Program-made: the position numbers and the translations under genes | The notes under the pieces: model-generated | Seen by the model: the letters and a program-made list of their open reading frames with translations, nothing else | Databases searched by the model: none | What the model was told of the DNA's origin: nothing | In this document: positions 46,826-58,071 of the stretch, one piece after another | How the letters are laid out: every line of letters starts with the position of its first letter | Numbering within the stretch: position 1 is the first letter of the stretch | Origin: Acidimicrobiales bacterium | GTDB taxonomy: Bacteria > Actinomycetota > Acidimicrobiia > Acidimicrobiales > JAUJNH01 | Assembly (NCBI GenBank): GCA_038232515.1 | Contig: JBBSHS010000002.1 | Location: forward strand, 1 to 61,315 | Length of the DNA: 61,315 bases | Direction: 5' to 3'

Positions 46826-48013
46826 ATGGACCTGATGGAGTACCAGGGCAAGCAGCTCTTCGCCCGCTACGGCATCGCCGTGAGCCCCGGCGGCGTGGCC
46901 GACACGGTGGAAGAGGCGGTGGCCCAGGCTGACGTCGCCGGCTATCCGGTGGTCGTCAAGGCCCAGGTCCAGGTGGGAGGGCGGGGTAAGGCCGGGGGCG
47001 TCAAGCTGGCGGCCGACGAGGGGGAGGTCCGCCAGCACGCCAGCAGCATCCTCGGCCTCGACATCAAGGGCCACGTCGTGAAGCGCCTGTGGATCGAGCA
47101 CGCCTCTGACATCGCCGCCCGGGACGGCCGTGACTGCGAGTACTACGCGTCCTTCACCCTCGACCGGGCGGCCAGGCTCCACCTCGGCCTGCTGAGCGCC
47201 CAGGGCGGCGTCGACATCGAGCAGGTGGCGGCCATCGCCCCCGACGCCGTGGCCCGCATCCACGTCGACCCCGTCGACGGCCTCACCGAGGATGCCACCC
47301 GGGCCTGGGTGGCGGCTGCCAACCTCGACCCGGCGGCCGCCGAGGGCACGGTGTCGATCCTGCGTCGGCTGTACAACGCCTACGTGGAGGGTGACTGCGA
47401 CCTGTGCGAGATCAACCCGCTGGTCCTCACCCAACAAGGTGACGTCAAGGCGCTCGACGCCAAGGTCAGCCTGGATGGCAATGCCCGGTTTCGCCACCCC
47501 GAATGGTCGGAGCTGACCGGCACAGAGCAGCTCGACGAACGTGAGCACCTGGCCAGAGAGAAGGGCCTGCAGTACGTGGGCCTGGACGGGACGGTGGGCA
47601 TCATCGCCAACGGCGCTGGCCTGGCCATGAGCACCGTCGACGTCGTCAGCCAGGTGGGAGGGGCGCCGGCCAACTTCCTGGACATCGGCGGCGGGGCCAA
47701 CGCCGCGGTGATGGCCAGCGCCCTCGAGGTCATCAGCTCCGATGCCAAGGTCACGGCCATCTTCGTCAACATCTTCGGGGGCATCACCAGGGGCGAGGAG
47801 GTGGCCACCGGCATCGTCGAGGCCCTGGGCCGCGTCGACCTGCGGGTACCCATCGTGATCCGTCTGGACGGCACCAACGCCAAAGAGGGTAGAGCCATCC
47901 TCGCCCCTCACCAGAGCAACATGCTGATCAGCCAGCCCACCATGCTGGACGCCGCCCGTACGGTCGTCGCCATGGCCGCGGCCGCCGCCGCCGAAGGCGC
48001 CGGAGGCGCCTGA
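46826..48013 (+). CDS. sucC: succinate--CoA ligase (ADP-forming) beta subunit
   Basis: [17 protein letters not shown]...[16 protein letters not shown]...NIFGGI. Confidence 0.96.
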   Translation: MDLMEYQGKQLFARYGIAVSPGGVADTVEEAVAQADVAGYPVVVKAQVQVGGRGKAGGVKLAADEGEVRQHASSILGLDIKGHVVKRLWIEHASDIAARDGRDCEYYASFTLDRAARLHLGLLSAQGGVDIEQVAAIAPDAVARIHVDPVDGLTEDATRAWVAAANLDPAAAEGTVSILRRLYNAYVEGDCDLCEINPLVLTQQGDVKALDAKVSLDGNARFRHPEWSELTGTEQLDEREHLAREKGLQYVGLDGTVGIIANGAGLAMSTVDVVSQVGGAPANFLDIGGGANAAVMASALEVISSDAKVTAIFVNIFGGITRGEEVATGIVEALGRVDLRVPIVIRLDGTNAKEGRAILAPHQSNMLISQPTMLDAARTVVAMAAAAAAEGAGGA

Positions 48014-48014
48014 A

Positions 48015-48914
48015 ATGGCGGTCTTCGTCGACGAGTCCACGACGGTCGTCATCCAGGGATTGAGCCCGACCAGCCAGGGTCGCTACCACGGGCTGCGCAA
48101 CCGGGACTACGGCACCCGGGTCGTGGCCGGCACCAACCCGAAGCGGGGCGGTACGGCGGTGGACGGCATCCCGGTTTTCGCGTCCGTCCGGGAGGCGGTC
48201 GACGCCACCGGCGCCAACGCCAGCTTCAAGTCCGTGCCCCGCGTTTTCGCGTCGGCCGCCGTGGACGCGGCGGCCGCCGCCGGCATCGCCTTCATCGTCT
48301 GCATCACCGAGGGCATCCCCGCCCAGGACGAGGCGCTGACCTACAACCTGCTCAAGAGGAACTTCCCCGGTTCGCGCCTGCTGGGCCCCAACTGCCCGGG
48401 GATCATCAGCCCGGGCAAGTGCAACATCGGTATCACGGCCGGTGAGATCGCCCTGCCGCCCCAGCCCGGCCAGCCGTCGGTGGGCATAGTGTCGCGTTCC
48501 GGCACCCTCACCTACCAGGCCCTCTACGAGCTGAAGGCCAAGGGCATCGGTGTCAGCACATGCGTCGGCATCGGCGGCGACCCCGTGCCCGGTACCTCTT
48601 TCATCGACTGCCTGGAGGCGTTCGAGGCCGACCCCGAAACCCAGGCTGCGATGATGATCGGCGAGATCGGTGGCTCGGCCGAGGAGGAGGCGGCCGATTT
48701 CATCAGGTCGCAGATGACCAAGCCGGTGTCGGCCTACATCGCCGGCGTCACCGCCCCGCCCGGCCGGAAGATGGGCCACGCCGGGGCCATCGTTTCGGGG
48801 GGCAAGGGCACGGCGCGGGCCAAGATCGAGGCGCTCCGGGCGGCCGGGGCCCATGTCGGTATGAACCCGACCGAGGCCGGCGAGTTGATGGCCGAGATCG
48901 TGATGACGCTGTAG
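48015..48914 (+). CDS. sucD: succinate--CoA ligase alpha subunit
   Basis: VIQG..G..G......[19 protein letters not shown], and the phospho-His loop GHAGAI. Confidence 0.96.
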   Translation: MAVFVDESTTVVIQGLSPTSQGRYHGLRNRDYGTRVVAGTNPKRGGTAVDGIPVFASVREAVDATGANASFKSVPRVFASAAVDAAAAAGIAFIVCITEGIPAQDEALTYNLLKRNFPGSRLLGPNCPGIISPGKCNIGITAGEIALPPQPGQPSVGIVSRSGTLTYQALYELKAKGIGVSTCVGIGGDPVPGTSFIDCLEAFEADPETQAAMMIGEIGGSAEEEAADFIRSQMTKPVSAYIAGVTAPPGRKMGHAGAIVSGGKGTARAKIEALRAAGAHVGMNPTEAGELMAEIVMTL

Positions 48915-48924
48915 CCGGCCAGCT

Positions 48925-48999
48925 CGCGAGATTGGGTCCCAGCGTGGCCTTCACCGCCGATTTTGACCGGTGAAGGCCACCACACCACCCAATCTCGCG
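48925..48999. repeat. repeat family 3, copy 3C (central loop inverted relative to 3B)
   Basis: CGCGAGATTGGGT-N6-GTGGCCTTC-N20-GAAGGCCAC-N6-ACCCAATCTCGCG. Starts 11 nt after the sucD stop. Confidence 0.85.
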
Positions 49000-49023
49000 C
49001 CGCAGACTGCGTACCCTGGCCTC

Positions 49024-50043
49024 GTGATCAGGGTCGCCGCCGTCGCCCTGGTTGCCGTTCTGGTGGCGGCCGGGTGCGCAGGCTCATCGCCGGCGGCCCG
49101 GAGGGCAACCACGACCAGGGGGCCGGGCGGCACCGGCTCCTCGGCGGCCGCTGCCGGCGGGACGGTTGCGCCGCCGACGACGGTGGCCCCGCCCACGGTC
49201 ACCACCGTCCCGCCGGTGACCTTGGCCGGCGGCCGTCCACCTCGGCTGCTGGTCTCGCCCCACGGGGTCGTGGTCCCGGTCGTCGGAGGTACCGGCCCGC
49301 CGTGGACGGTGAGAACGCCGTGCGGTGCCACCGCCTCCACCACGGGCACACCCCTGGCCCATGCCACCATCGTCCTCGACCCCGGCCATGGCGGCGACGA
49401 GATGGGCGCCATCGGGCCCAACGGGCTGACCGAGAAGGCCCTGAACCTCGCCGTGGCCACCCAGGCCCAGGCCGCTCTGGCCGCCGCCGGCGTCTCCGCC
49501 GTGCTCAGCCGCGCCGCCGACTACCGCATGACCCTGGACGCCCGGGCCGCCGTTGTGGCCGCCGACCAACCGCAGGCCACGGTGTCCATCCACCACAACG
49601 CCAACCCCGACGGGCCCCACGACGGCCCCGGCACCGAGACCTACTACCAGCTGGCCTCGTCGACCTCGAAGCGGTTGGCCGGCTTGGTCTGGGAGGAGGT
49701 CACCAGAGCCCTGGCGCCCTACCACCTGGCTTGGGAGGGCAACACCGATGCCGGTGCCAAGTACCGCCTCGCCACATCCGGGTCCGACTACTACGCCGTG
49801 CTGCGGGCCCACCCGTCCACCACTTCTGTGCTGGCCGAACTGGCCTTCGTCACCGACCCGCCGGAGGCCACGGTGCTGGCCCGGCCCGACGTCCAGAAGG
49901 TCGAGGGCCAGGCGGTGGCCCGTGGCATCGTCCGCTGGCTGACCACCAAGGACCCCGGCTCCGGCTTCGTGACCCCCTACCCCCGCACCGAGCCGGCCGG
50001 GCCCGGCGGCGGGAGCGCAGGTTGCACCGACCCACCGCTTTGA
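49024..50043 (+). CDS. N-acetylmuramoyl-L-alanine amidase (Amidase_3) lipoprotein
   Basis: Signal/lipobox VALVAVLVAAGCAG, Pro/Thr/Val-rich linker, catalytic region IVLDPGHGGDE...SIHHNA. TACCCT box ends 6 nt before GTG 49024. Confidence 0.85.
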   Translation: MIRVAAVALVAVLVAAGCAGSSPAARRATTTRGPGGTGSSAAAAGGTVAPPTTVAPPTVTTVPPVTLAGGRPPRLLVSPHGVVVPVVGGTGPPWTVRTPCGATASTTGTPLAHATIVLDPGHGGDEMGAIGPNGLTEKALNLAVATQAQAALAAAGVSAVLSRAADYRMTLDARAAVVAADQPQATVSIHHNANPDGPHDGPGTETYYQLASSTSKRLAGLVWEEVTRALAPYHLAWEGNTDAGAKYRLATSGSDYYAVLRAHPSTTSVLAELAFVTDPPEATVLARPDVQKVEGQAVARGIVRWLTTKDPGSGFVTPYPRTEPAGPGGGSAGCTDPPL

Positions 50044-50050
50044 GGGGCTA

Positions 50051-50300
50051 CCGGGGCTTCGCCCCGCCCGACGAGCGGTCAGGTCATCCTTCGGCCTACT
50101 AGCGGCGATGTTCTTCACCGCACCCTGCGGGGCATCCCGCGTTCGTGGGATGGCCGCCATCCTCGAACCCGACGCAGCCGTCCACGCCGGCTACGCGGTC
50201 AGTTCGACAAGCTCGAAGCGGCCATCACTCACCATGTCGGCGCGGCGCGGAACTTGACTCCATCGTGTCAGCTTCTAGGCGCCCAAGCGCCTTGGGCGCC
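50051..50300 (+). repeat. repeat family 1, copy C
   Basis: 5' hairpin at 50053-50065. 3' hairpin GGCGCCCAAG-cgc-CTTGGGCGCC at 50278-50300. Starts 8 nt after the amidase stop. Confidence 0.9.
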
Positions 50301-50313
50301 GAGATGGCGGCGA

Positions 50314-50319
50314 TAGGGT
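50314..50319 (+). promoter_or_regulatory. -10-like box TAGGGT, 7 nt before the purN ATG (leaderless candidate)
   Basis: TANNNT hexamer, no Shine-Dalgarno sequence. Confidence 0.4.
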
Positions 50320-50326
50320 CGGTCCG

Positions 50327-50923
50327 ATGCGACTGGCCGTGCTGGCGTCGGGGACGGGGTCGGTCCTCGAGGCCATCCTGGAGGCGGGGCTGCCCGTCTC
50401 GGTCGTGCTGGTCGACCGGCCGTGCCCGGCCACGGCCGTGGCCGCCAGCCACGGTGTCACGACCTCGGTGGTCGAGAGGGACAGCTTCGGCCCCGACTTC
50501 GACCGCGACGCTTACACCGAACGGGTGGTCGACGTCCTGCGCCGGTCCCACGTCGACGTGGTGGCCATGGCCGGTTTCGGCACCGTCCTCAGCCCCCGGG
50601 CCCACAAAGAGTACGGCGGGCGCATCCTGAACACCCACCCGGCGCTGCTGCCCTCGTTCAAGGGTTGGCACGCCGTGCGTGACGCTCTGGCCTACGGCGT
50701 CAAGGTCACCGGTTGCACCGTCCATGTGGCCGGCGAGGAGGTCGACACCGGACCGATCCTGGCCCAGGAGGCCGTGCCCGTCCTGCCCGGCGACTCCCAG
50801 ACGACGCTGCACGAGCGGATCAAGCTGGTCGAGCGTCGGTTGTACCCCGACGCCATCGCGTCATTCCTGCACGATCTCGAGACCCTGGAGCGAACAGTGA
50901 GCGAACCGAGCGGGCGACGATGA
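50327..50923 (+). CDS. purN: phosphoribosylglycinamide formyltransferase
   Basis: MRLAVLASGTGS...ILNTHPALLPSFKG...TGCTVH.V.EE.D.GPI. Confidence 0.95.
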   Translation: MRLAVLASGTGSVLEAILEAGLPVSVVLVDRPCPATAVAASHGVTTSVVERDSFGPDFDRDAYTERVVDVLRRSHVDVVAMAGFGTVLSPRAHKEYGGRILNTHPALLPSFKGWHAVRDALAYGVKVTGCTVHVAGEEVDTGPILAQEAVPVLPGDSQTTLHERIKLVERRLYPDAIASFLHDLETLERTVSEPSGRR

Positions 50924-52476
50924 GGGCGCTGCTGTCGGTCTACGACAAGACCGGGCTGGAGGGCCTGGCCGAGGGGCTGGTGGCCCTCGGTTGCGAGCTG
51001 GTGTCGAGCGGCGGGACCTCGGCCGCCCTCGCCGGAGCGGACATCGCCCACACCGCTGTCGAATCTGTCACCGGCGCTCCGGAGATGCTGGGAGGCCGGG
51101 TCAAGACGCTGCACCCGGCCATCCACGGAGGCATCCTGGCCGACCTCGACAAGCCCGCCCACAGAGCCGATCTCGAGGCCCGGGGAATCACCCCGTTCGA
51201 CCTCGTGGTGTGCAACCTGTACCCCTTCAGTGCCAACCCCTCGGTCGAGCTCATCGACGTCGGGGGCCCCACCATGGTGCGGGCGGCGGCCAAGAACTGG
51301 GCCCACGTGGGGGTCCTGGTCGACCCCGGCGACTATGGGGCGACGCTGGACGAGCTACGTCTACGGGAGGGCCTGACCGACGTCACCCGTCGGCGCCTGG
51401 CCCGCAAGGCGTTCGCCCACACCGCCGCCTACGACGCGGCCATCACCACGTGGTTCGACGAGTCCGACCCCACCCCCACGGCCGACCGACCGGCGCTGCC
51501 TCCCACACTCCACCTCAGCCTCGAGCGGGTGGGCGGAGCCCTCCGCTACGGCGAGAACCCGCACCAGCACGGAGCCCGCTATCGCGAGACGGGGCGGACG
51601 TCGTGGTGGGACGGGGTCGTCCAGCACGGTGGCATCGCCCTGTCGTACCTGAACCTGTTCGACGCCGAGGCGGCCTGGCAGCTGGTACACGATCTCGGTC
51701 GGGGCGGCCCTGGCGCCCCTGGCGATGGGCCCAGCCGCCCGTGCGCGGCCATCGTCAAGCACGCCAACCCGTGCGGAGCGGCGGTGGCCGACGACATCCG
51801 GTCGGCCTACGACAAGGCTTTCGAATGCGACCCGATGTCCGCCTTCGGCGGCATCGTCGCCCTGAACCGTCCGGTCGACGTGAACCTGGCCGAGAGCCTC
51901 ATCGCCAACCCCAAGGCCGACGTGCTCATCGCCCCGTCGTTCACCCAGGAGGCGCTGCACCTCGTCACCACCAAGAAGAAGAACCTGCGCGTGCTGTCAG
52001 CGCCGCCTCCCAACCGCGACTCTCTGGAGCTACGCCGGGTCGACGGCGGCTTCCTGGTGCAGGACGCCGACCGGTTCGTGACCACCCGGGCCGACTGGCG
52101 GGTGGTGACCGACGCCCGACCCACCGAGGGCCAATGGGCAGACCTGGAGCTGGCCTGGAAGCTGTGCGCCTACGTGAAGTCCAACGCCATCGTGCTGGTC
52201 AAGGACGGCGTGGCCATGGGCATAGGCGCCGGCCAGCAGAACCGCCGGGACTCGGGCGAGATCGCCACGCGCAAGGCAGCCGGCCGGGCCGAGGGGGGCG
52301 CCTGCGCCAGCGACGCTTTTTACCCCTTCCGCGACGGTCTGGATGCCGCCGCCGCCGCAGGGGTGGCCGCGGTCATCCAGCCCGGCGGCAGCTTGCGCGA
52401 CGACGAGGTCATCGCCGCTGCCAACGAGCACGGCCTGGCCATGGTGATGACCGGCGAGCGCCACTTCCGCCACTAA
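50920..52476 (+). CDS. purH: bifunctional AICAR transformylase / IMP cyclohydrolase
   Basis: [13 protein letters not shown]...[15 protein letters not shown]...C-terminal ...[15 protein letters not shown] overlap with purN. Confidence 0.97.
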   Translation: MRALLSVYDKTGLEGLAEGLVALGCELVSSGGTSAALAGADIAHTAVESVTGAPEMLGGRVKTLHPAIHGGILADLDKPAHRADLEARGITPFDLVVCNLYPFSANPSVELIDVGGPTMVRAAAKNWAHVGVLVDPGDYGATLDELRLREGLTDVTRRRLARKAFAHTAAYDAAITTWFDESDPTPTADRPALPPTLHLSLERVGGALRYGENPHQHGARYRETGRTSWWDGVVQHGGIALSYLNLFDAEAAWQLVHDLGRGGPGAPGDGPSRPCAAIVKHANPCGAAVADDIRSAYDKAFECDPMSAFGGIVALNRPVDVNLAESLIANPKADVLIAPSFTQEALHLVTTKKKNLRVLSAPPPNRDSLELRRVDGGFLVQDADRFVTTRADWRVVTDARPTEGQWADLELAWKLCAYVKSNAIVLVKDGVAMGIGAGQQNRRDSGEIATRKAAGRAEGGACASDAFYPFRDGLDAAAAAGVAAVIQPGGSLRDDEVIAAANEHGLAMVMTGERHFRH

Positions 52477-52509
52477 GAGGCGGGACCAGCCGCCCGCCGG
52501 CCGCCGGGC

Positions 52510-53076
52510 TCAGCCCAAGAGCTTCGGCACGGCGAACGACCGGCCGGCGAGGTCCAGGATGCCGTCCTTCAGAACGGCGTGCCGGGCGTAGGAGGCGACA
52601 CCGCCGGGGCGGGGATCGGTGAGTAGCTCCAGCTGAGCCTCCGCCAGGTTCACGATGACGTACGGCTCGATGCCCTCGGCCGCGTAGATACGGGCCTTGA
52701 CCCGGCGGTCGGCGGTGATCGAGGAATGGGCCACCTCGATGACCGCCGCCAGCTCTGCGGGGTAGGGATGGCGGTGGGCGGGGAGGCCGGCGGCCACCAA
52801 CGCGATGTCCGGTTCCGGCTCGGATCGGGCCAGCGTGACCGGCAGCTGGCATCTCACCTCCCAGGGCGACCCGACGAGCGCCAGGGTGAACAAACGGGTC
52901 AGGCGTTGCACGGCGGCGGCATGCGGCGGACTGTTCGTCACCTTCGGGACCAGCCACCCTTCCAGGAGCTCGAGGCGGTCGTCCGGCTGCACGACGCCGA
53001 TCTCGGCCAGCCGGTGGTACTCGTCCACGGTGAGCTGGGCCACCGGCCACGGAGCAGTTCCGGAGGCACGGGCCAT
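52510..53076 (-). CDS. Uma2-family (DUF820) putative endonuclease
   Basis: LTVDEYHRLAEIGVV..DDRLELLEGWLVPK...P.H......L....L......V....PV.L....EPEPDIALV. Confidence 0.75.
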   Translation of the reverse strand: MARASGTAPWPVAQLTVDEYHRLAEIGVVQPDDRLELLEGWLVPKVTNSPPHAAAVQRLTRLFTLALVGSPWEVRCQLPVTLARSEPEPDIALVAAGLPAHRHPYPAELAAVIEVAHSSITADRRVKARIYAAEGIEPYVIVNLAEAQLELLTDPRPGGVASYARHAVLKDGILDLAGRSFAVPKLLG

Positions 53077-53092
53077 GGGCGCATCGTACCGG

Positions 53093-53098
53093 TAGCCT
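53093..53098 (+). promoter_or_regulatory. -10-like box (GG)TAGCCT, 7 nt before the folD GTG (leaderless candidate)
   Basis: TANNNT hexamer, no Shine-Dalgarno sequence. Confidence 0.4.
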
Positions 53099-53105
53099 CC
53101 AGCCG

Positions 53106-53954
53106 GTGACGGCGCAGCTGATGCCCGGTGGCCCGGTGGCCGAGGCCGTGCTGGCCGATCTGGGGCCCCGGGTCAAGGCGCTCGGCCACGTGGGGCTCGG
53201 CACCATCCTGGTGGGCGAGGCCCCGGCCTCGGCCGGCTACATCCGCATGAAGCACGAGGCGTGCGCGGCGGTGGGCATCGAGAGCTACCACCAGCAGCTG
53301 CCGGAGTCCGCCACCCAGGCCGACGTGGTGGCCGCCATCGGCCGTTTCAACGAGGACCCCCGTGTCCACGGCATGGTCGTGCAGCACCCGATACCCAGAG
53401 GCCTCGACTACGAGTCGGCACTGCTGAGCATGGACCCCGACAAGGACGCCGACGGGCTCCACCCGACCAACATGGGCCGCCTGGCCATGTCGATGCCCGG
53501 GCCGGTGCCCTGCACCCCCGCTGCCATCGAGGCCATGCTGGCCCACTACGCCATCCAGGTGGCCGGTCGCAACGTCGTGATATTCGGTCGGGGCACGACG
53601 CTGGGTCGCCCCCTCGCCCTGCTGCTCAGCCAGAAGCGGCCGACCGCCAACGCGGCGGTCACCGTCGTCCACACCGGCGTCCCCGACCGCTACCGCTACA
53701 CCCGGGAGGCGGAGATCCTCATCGCCGCCGCCGGCGTCCCGTCGGTCATCCGCCCCGAGCACGTCCGCCCCGGCGCGGTGGTCGTCAGCGGCGGCATCAA
53801 CTACGAGGGTCGCCGGGTCCTGCCCGACGTGGACGAGTCCGTGGCCGACGTGGCCGGCTGGATCACCCCCCGGCTGGGCGGCGTCGGCCCCATGACGGTG
53901 GCCTTCCTGCTGAAGAACTGCGTCGAGGCCGCCGAGCGGCGCTACCGGGCCTAG
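53106..53954 (+). CDS. folD: bifunctional methylenetetrahydrofolate dehydrogenase / methenyl-THF cyclohydrolase
   Basis: ILVGE.PAS..Y...K.....GI, DADGLHP.N.G.L, CTP..I..ML, VV.G.G...G.P. Confidence 0.95.
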   Translation: MTAQLMPGGPVAEAVLADLGPRVKALGHVGLGTILVGEAPASAGYIRMKHEACAAVGIESYHQQLPESATQADVVAAIGRFNEDPRVHGMVVQHPIPRGLDYESALLSMDPDKDADGLHPTNMGRLAMSMPGPVPCTPAAIEAMLAHYAIQVAGRNVVIFGRGTTLGRPLALLLSQKRPTANAAVTVVHTGVPDRYRYTREAEILIAAAGVPSVIRPEHVRPGAVVVSGGINYEGRRVLPDVDESVADVAGWITPRLGGVGPMTVAFLLKNCVEAAERRYRA

Positions 53955-53965
53955 GTTCTGGGCCG

Positions 53966-54832
53966 ATGGCACGGATCGCCGATCTGCTGGGGGCGGGGCG
54001 AACGTTCTCCTTCGAGTTCTTCCCGCCCAAGACCGACGCCGAGCAGGCGGCACTGGTGCGGACGCTGCGCGGACTCGAGCCGCTGGAGCCGTCGTTCGTG
54101 TCTGTCACCTACCGGGGAGGCCGGTCGTCCCGGGCCCGCACAGTCGGGCTGGTGGCCGGGATGCTCACCACCACGTCCCTGACCCCCATGGCCCACCTCA
54201 CCTGCGTGGCCCACACCCGCCTGGAATTGGCGGAGATCCTGGTCGACCTGCGCCGGGCCGGCGTCGAGAACCTGATGGCCCTGGGCGGCGACCCCGTCCC
54301 GGGCGAGGACCCGGGCGAGTTGCTCCACGCCATCGAGCTGGTCGAGCTGGCCCGGGCCATCGGTGGGTTCTCGATCGGTGTGGCCGCCCACCCCCAGATC
54401 CATCCCAACTCGCCCGACCGCGTCTCCGACCGCCGCTACCTGGCCGAGAAGCTGGCGGTGGCCGACTTCGCCGTCACCCAGTTCTTCTGGCGCTCGACCG
54501 ACTACGTGCAGATGGTCGACGAGCTGGCCGCCCTGGGTTGCCACAAGCCCGTCCTGCCCGGGGTGATGCCCCTCACCAGCCTGGCCTCGGTGCCCCGTAT
54601 GGCCCAGATGGGCGGCCCGGTGCCGGCCGAGGTCCTGGCCAGGTTCGACGGGGTGGCCCCCGACGACGTCCGATCGGTGGGCATCGACGTCATGACCGGA
54701 CTGTGCGGAGACCTGCTCGAATCAGGCGCCCCGGGCCTGCACTTCTACACTCTGAACCAGTCCAGAGCGACACGCCAGATCTACCAGAACCTCGGGCTCG
54801 GCCCCGCCCGCTCGGACGACCCCGCCGCCTGA
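53966..54832 (+). CDS. metF: methylenetetrahydrofolate reductase
   Basis: FSFEFFPPKT...SVTYRGG...MAHLTC...ALGGDP. ATG 53966 chosen as start. Confidence 0.9.
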   Translation: MARIADLLGAGRTFSFEFFPPKTDAEQAALVRTLRGLEPLEPSFVSVTYRGGRSSRARTVGLVAGMLTTTSLTPMAHLTCVAHTRLELAEILVDLRRAGVENLMALGGDPVPGEDPGELLHAIELVELARAIGGFSIGVAAHPQIHPNSPDRVSDRRYLAEKLAVADFAVTQFFWRSTDYVQMVDELAALGCHKPVLPGVMPLTSLASVPRMAQMGGPVPAEVLARFDGVAPDDVRSVGIDVMTGLCGDLLESGAPGLHFYTLNQSRATRQIYQNLGLGPARSDDPAA

Positions 54833-54889
54833 GCCGGCCGTCGACGATGGCGGCCGGGCGTCCAGGCCATGGCAGTACGCTCGTCGCCA

Positions 54890-56089
<1,200 letters not shown>

Positions 56090-56093
56090 AGGG

Positions 56094-57074
56094 ATGCCCG
56101 AGCCCGTCCACGTCGCCATCACCGGTGCCGCCGGCCAGATCGGCTACAGCCTGCTGTTCCGTGTCGCTGCCGGCGACATGCTCGGCCCCGATCAGCCCGT
56201 CGTTCTCCATCTGCTGGAGATCACGCCTGCACTCGGCGCCTTGAAAGGCGTCGTCATGGAACTGGACGACTGTGCCTTCCCCACGTTGGCGGGCGTGGCT
56301 CAGACCGACAGTGCCGACGAGGCCTTCGACGGCGTCGACATCGCCCTTCTGGTGGGCAGCCGCCCCCGGACCAGGGGCATGGAGCGCAAGGACCTGCTCC
56401 AGGCCAACGGCGCCATCTTCACCGTGCAGGGCAAGGCGCTGGCCGAGCGGGCGGCGGCCGACGTGCGGGTGCTGGTGGTGGGAAACCCGGCCAACACCAA
56501 CTGCCTCATCGCCATGAACAGCGCCCCCGGTCGCGATCCCCGGCGGTTCACCGCCATGGTCCGGCTCGACCACAATCGGGCCAAGGCTCAGCTCGCGTCC
56601 AGGCTCGGGGTCCATGCCGGTGACGTGAAGAAGATGACGATCTGGGGCAACCACAGCGCCACCCAGTACCCCGACATCTTCCACGCCGAGGTTGGTGGCC
56701 GGCCCGTGGTCGACGCCGTGGGAGACCCCGACTGGTTACAGGCCACCTTCATCCCGACCGTCCAGCAGCGCGGCGCCGCTGTCATAGAAGCCCGGGGGTC
56801 GTCGTCGGCGGCGTCGGCCGCCTCGGCCGCCATCGACCACGTGCGCGACTGGGTCAAGGGCACCCCGGCGGACGACTGGGTGTCGATGGGGGTGCCTGCT
56901 GATGGCAGCTATGGCGTCCCCGAAGGCGTCGTCTACGGCTACCCGGTCACCTGTTCGGACGGCGACTGGGCCATCGTGCCCGGTCTTGACATCGACGAAT
57001 TCTCGCGCGCCCGGATGGCGGCCACCAGGGACGAGCTGTTCGAGGAGCGACACGCCGTGGCCGGCCTGCTGTGA
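56094..57074 (+). CDS. mdh: malate dehydrogenase
   Basis: [17 protein letters not shown]...GNPANTN...WGNHS.TQ. Confidence 0.96.
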   Translation: MPEPVHVAITGAAGQIGYSLLFRVAAGDMLGPDQPVVLHLLEITPALGALKGVVMELDDCAFPTLAGVAQTDSADEAFDGVDIALLVGSRPRTRGMERKDLLQANGAIFTVQGKALAERAAADVRVLVVGNPANTNCLIAMNSAPGRDPRRFTAMVRLDHNRAKAQLASRLGVHAGDVKKMTIWGNHSATQYPDIFHAEVGGRPVVDAVGDPDWLQATFIPTVQQRGAAVIEARGSSSAASAASAAIDHVRDWVKGTPADDWVSMGVPADGSYGVPEGVVYGYPVTCSDGDWAIVPGLDIDEFSRARMAATRDELFEERHAVAGLL

Positions 57075-57089
57075 AGACCAGCCCCGGCC

Positions 57090-57512
57090 TCATGGCGCGG
57101 CCGGCGGAGCGCCGACGGTCTCGGGTGGAATCGGCGCCGTTGGGGCCGTGGGCTCGGGCTGGCTTGGGCCGGATGGCGATGGCGTCCACTGTGCCCGTCC
57201 TCGACGGAGTGCTCCCAGTCGCTCCAGGTACTCGTCGGCGTTGATCTCGCCGTGGGCCAGGCGCAGCTCGAGCACGTGCTCGGCCGGCCCCGGCTCCGCC
57301 GGGCGCTCCGCAGCGGCCCAGGGCCGACCAGGCCCGGGGGAGCCGCTCGGGCCTGGTCGCCGGAACAGCAGCAGGCCGGCGTAGACCAGCAGGGCGATGA
57401 TGGCGCCGGGGAGCACGAGACCGAAGAGCAGACCGAACAGCAGGCCCACGAAGGGGTGGCCGCCCCTCATGGAGGCGTCTCCTATACGCAGGGCCAAAGC
57501 GAGGATTGCCAT
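57090..57512 (-). CDS. SHOCT-domain membrane protein
   Basis: N-terminal TM region, Pro/Gly linker, then LELRLAHGEINADEYLERLGAL (SHOCT-like). Confidence 0.65.
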   Translation of the reverse strand: MAILALALRIGDASMRGGHPFVGLLFGLLFGLVLPGAIIALLVYAGLLLFRRPGPSGSPGPGRPWAAAERPAEPGPAEHVLELRLAHGEINADEYLERLGALRRGRAQWTPSPSGPSQPEPTAPTAPIPPETVGAPPAAP

Positions 57513-57536
57513 CTGTGACCTCCAGGGATCAGCGGA

Positions 57537-57869
57537 TCAGGCCGTGGTCGTCGGTATGGGCGACGAGGGGGGGGAAGTCGGTGTACCGCCGGGCGACAGC
57601 CCCGGCGACAACGGGTGGGCGGGTGCCGGCGAAGGGCCGACCGGGCGGTGTCGGCCTCCAGGCCGGACGCCATCCGGCCCTCGGTTGAACGGTGGGCCGC
57701 CCCATGGTCCACGCCCATTGTCCAAGCCGGGGCCGGCCGGTCCATGAAGCGGGGCCGGGCCGGAGTAGGGGCCGCCTCGGTGGTCGACGAGCAACACTCC
57801 GCCCACCTCGATGACCAGGAGGATGGTGGCCGCCCCGGCGACCAGTGCAGCACGGCGCTTGGTGCTCAT
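57537..57869 (-). CDS. hypothetical membrane-anchored Pro/Gly-rich protein
   Basis: MSTKRRAALVAGAATILLVIEVGGVLLV anchor. The rest is low complexity. Confidence 0.35.
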   Translation of the reverse strand: MSTKRRAALVAGAATILLVIEVGGVLLVDHRGGPYSGPAPLHGPAGPGLDNGRGPWGGPPFNRGPDGVRPGGRHRPVGPSPAPAHPLSPGLSPGGTPTSPPSSPIPTTTA

Positions 57870-58071
57870 GGTCCCGAGCGTGCACGGCAGATCTGAGACC
57901 CAGCTGAAGACCAGATGGGACTCCGCCGCCTTCGTCCATCCTCGGAGCCCCGACCGTGGCCGCGGGCCGGTCCCCGGGCCGGTTCCGGGCCAGTCTGGAG
58001 CGCTTCGGCCGCGGCTGCGCCACTGGGCCGGCCGCACCCCCCGGAGCGGCCGGCCCAGCAGGGCGATCCTG

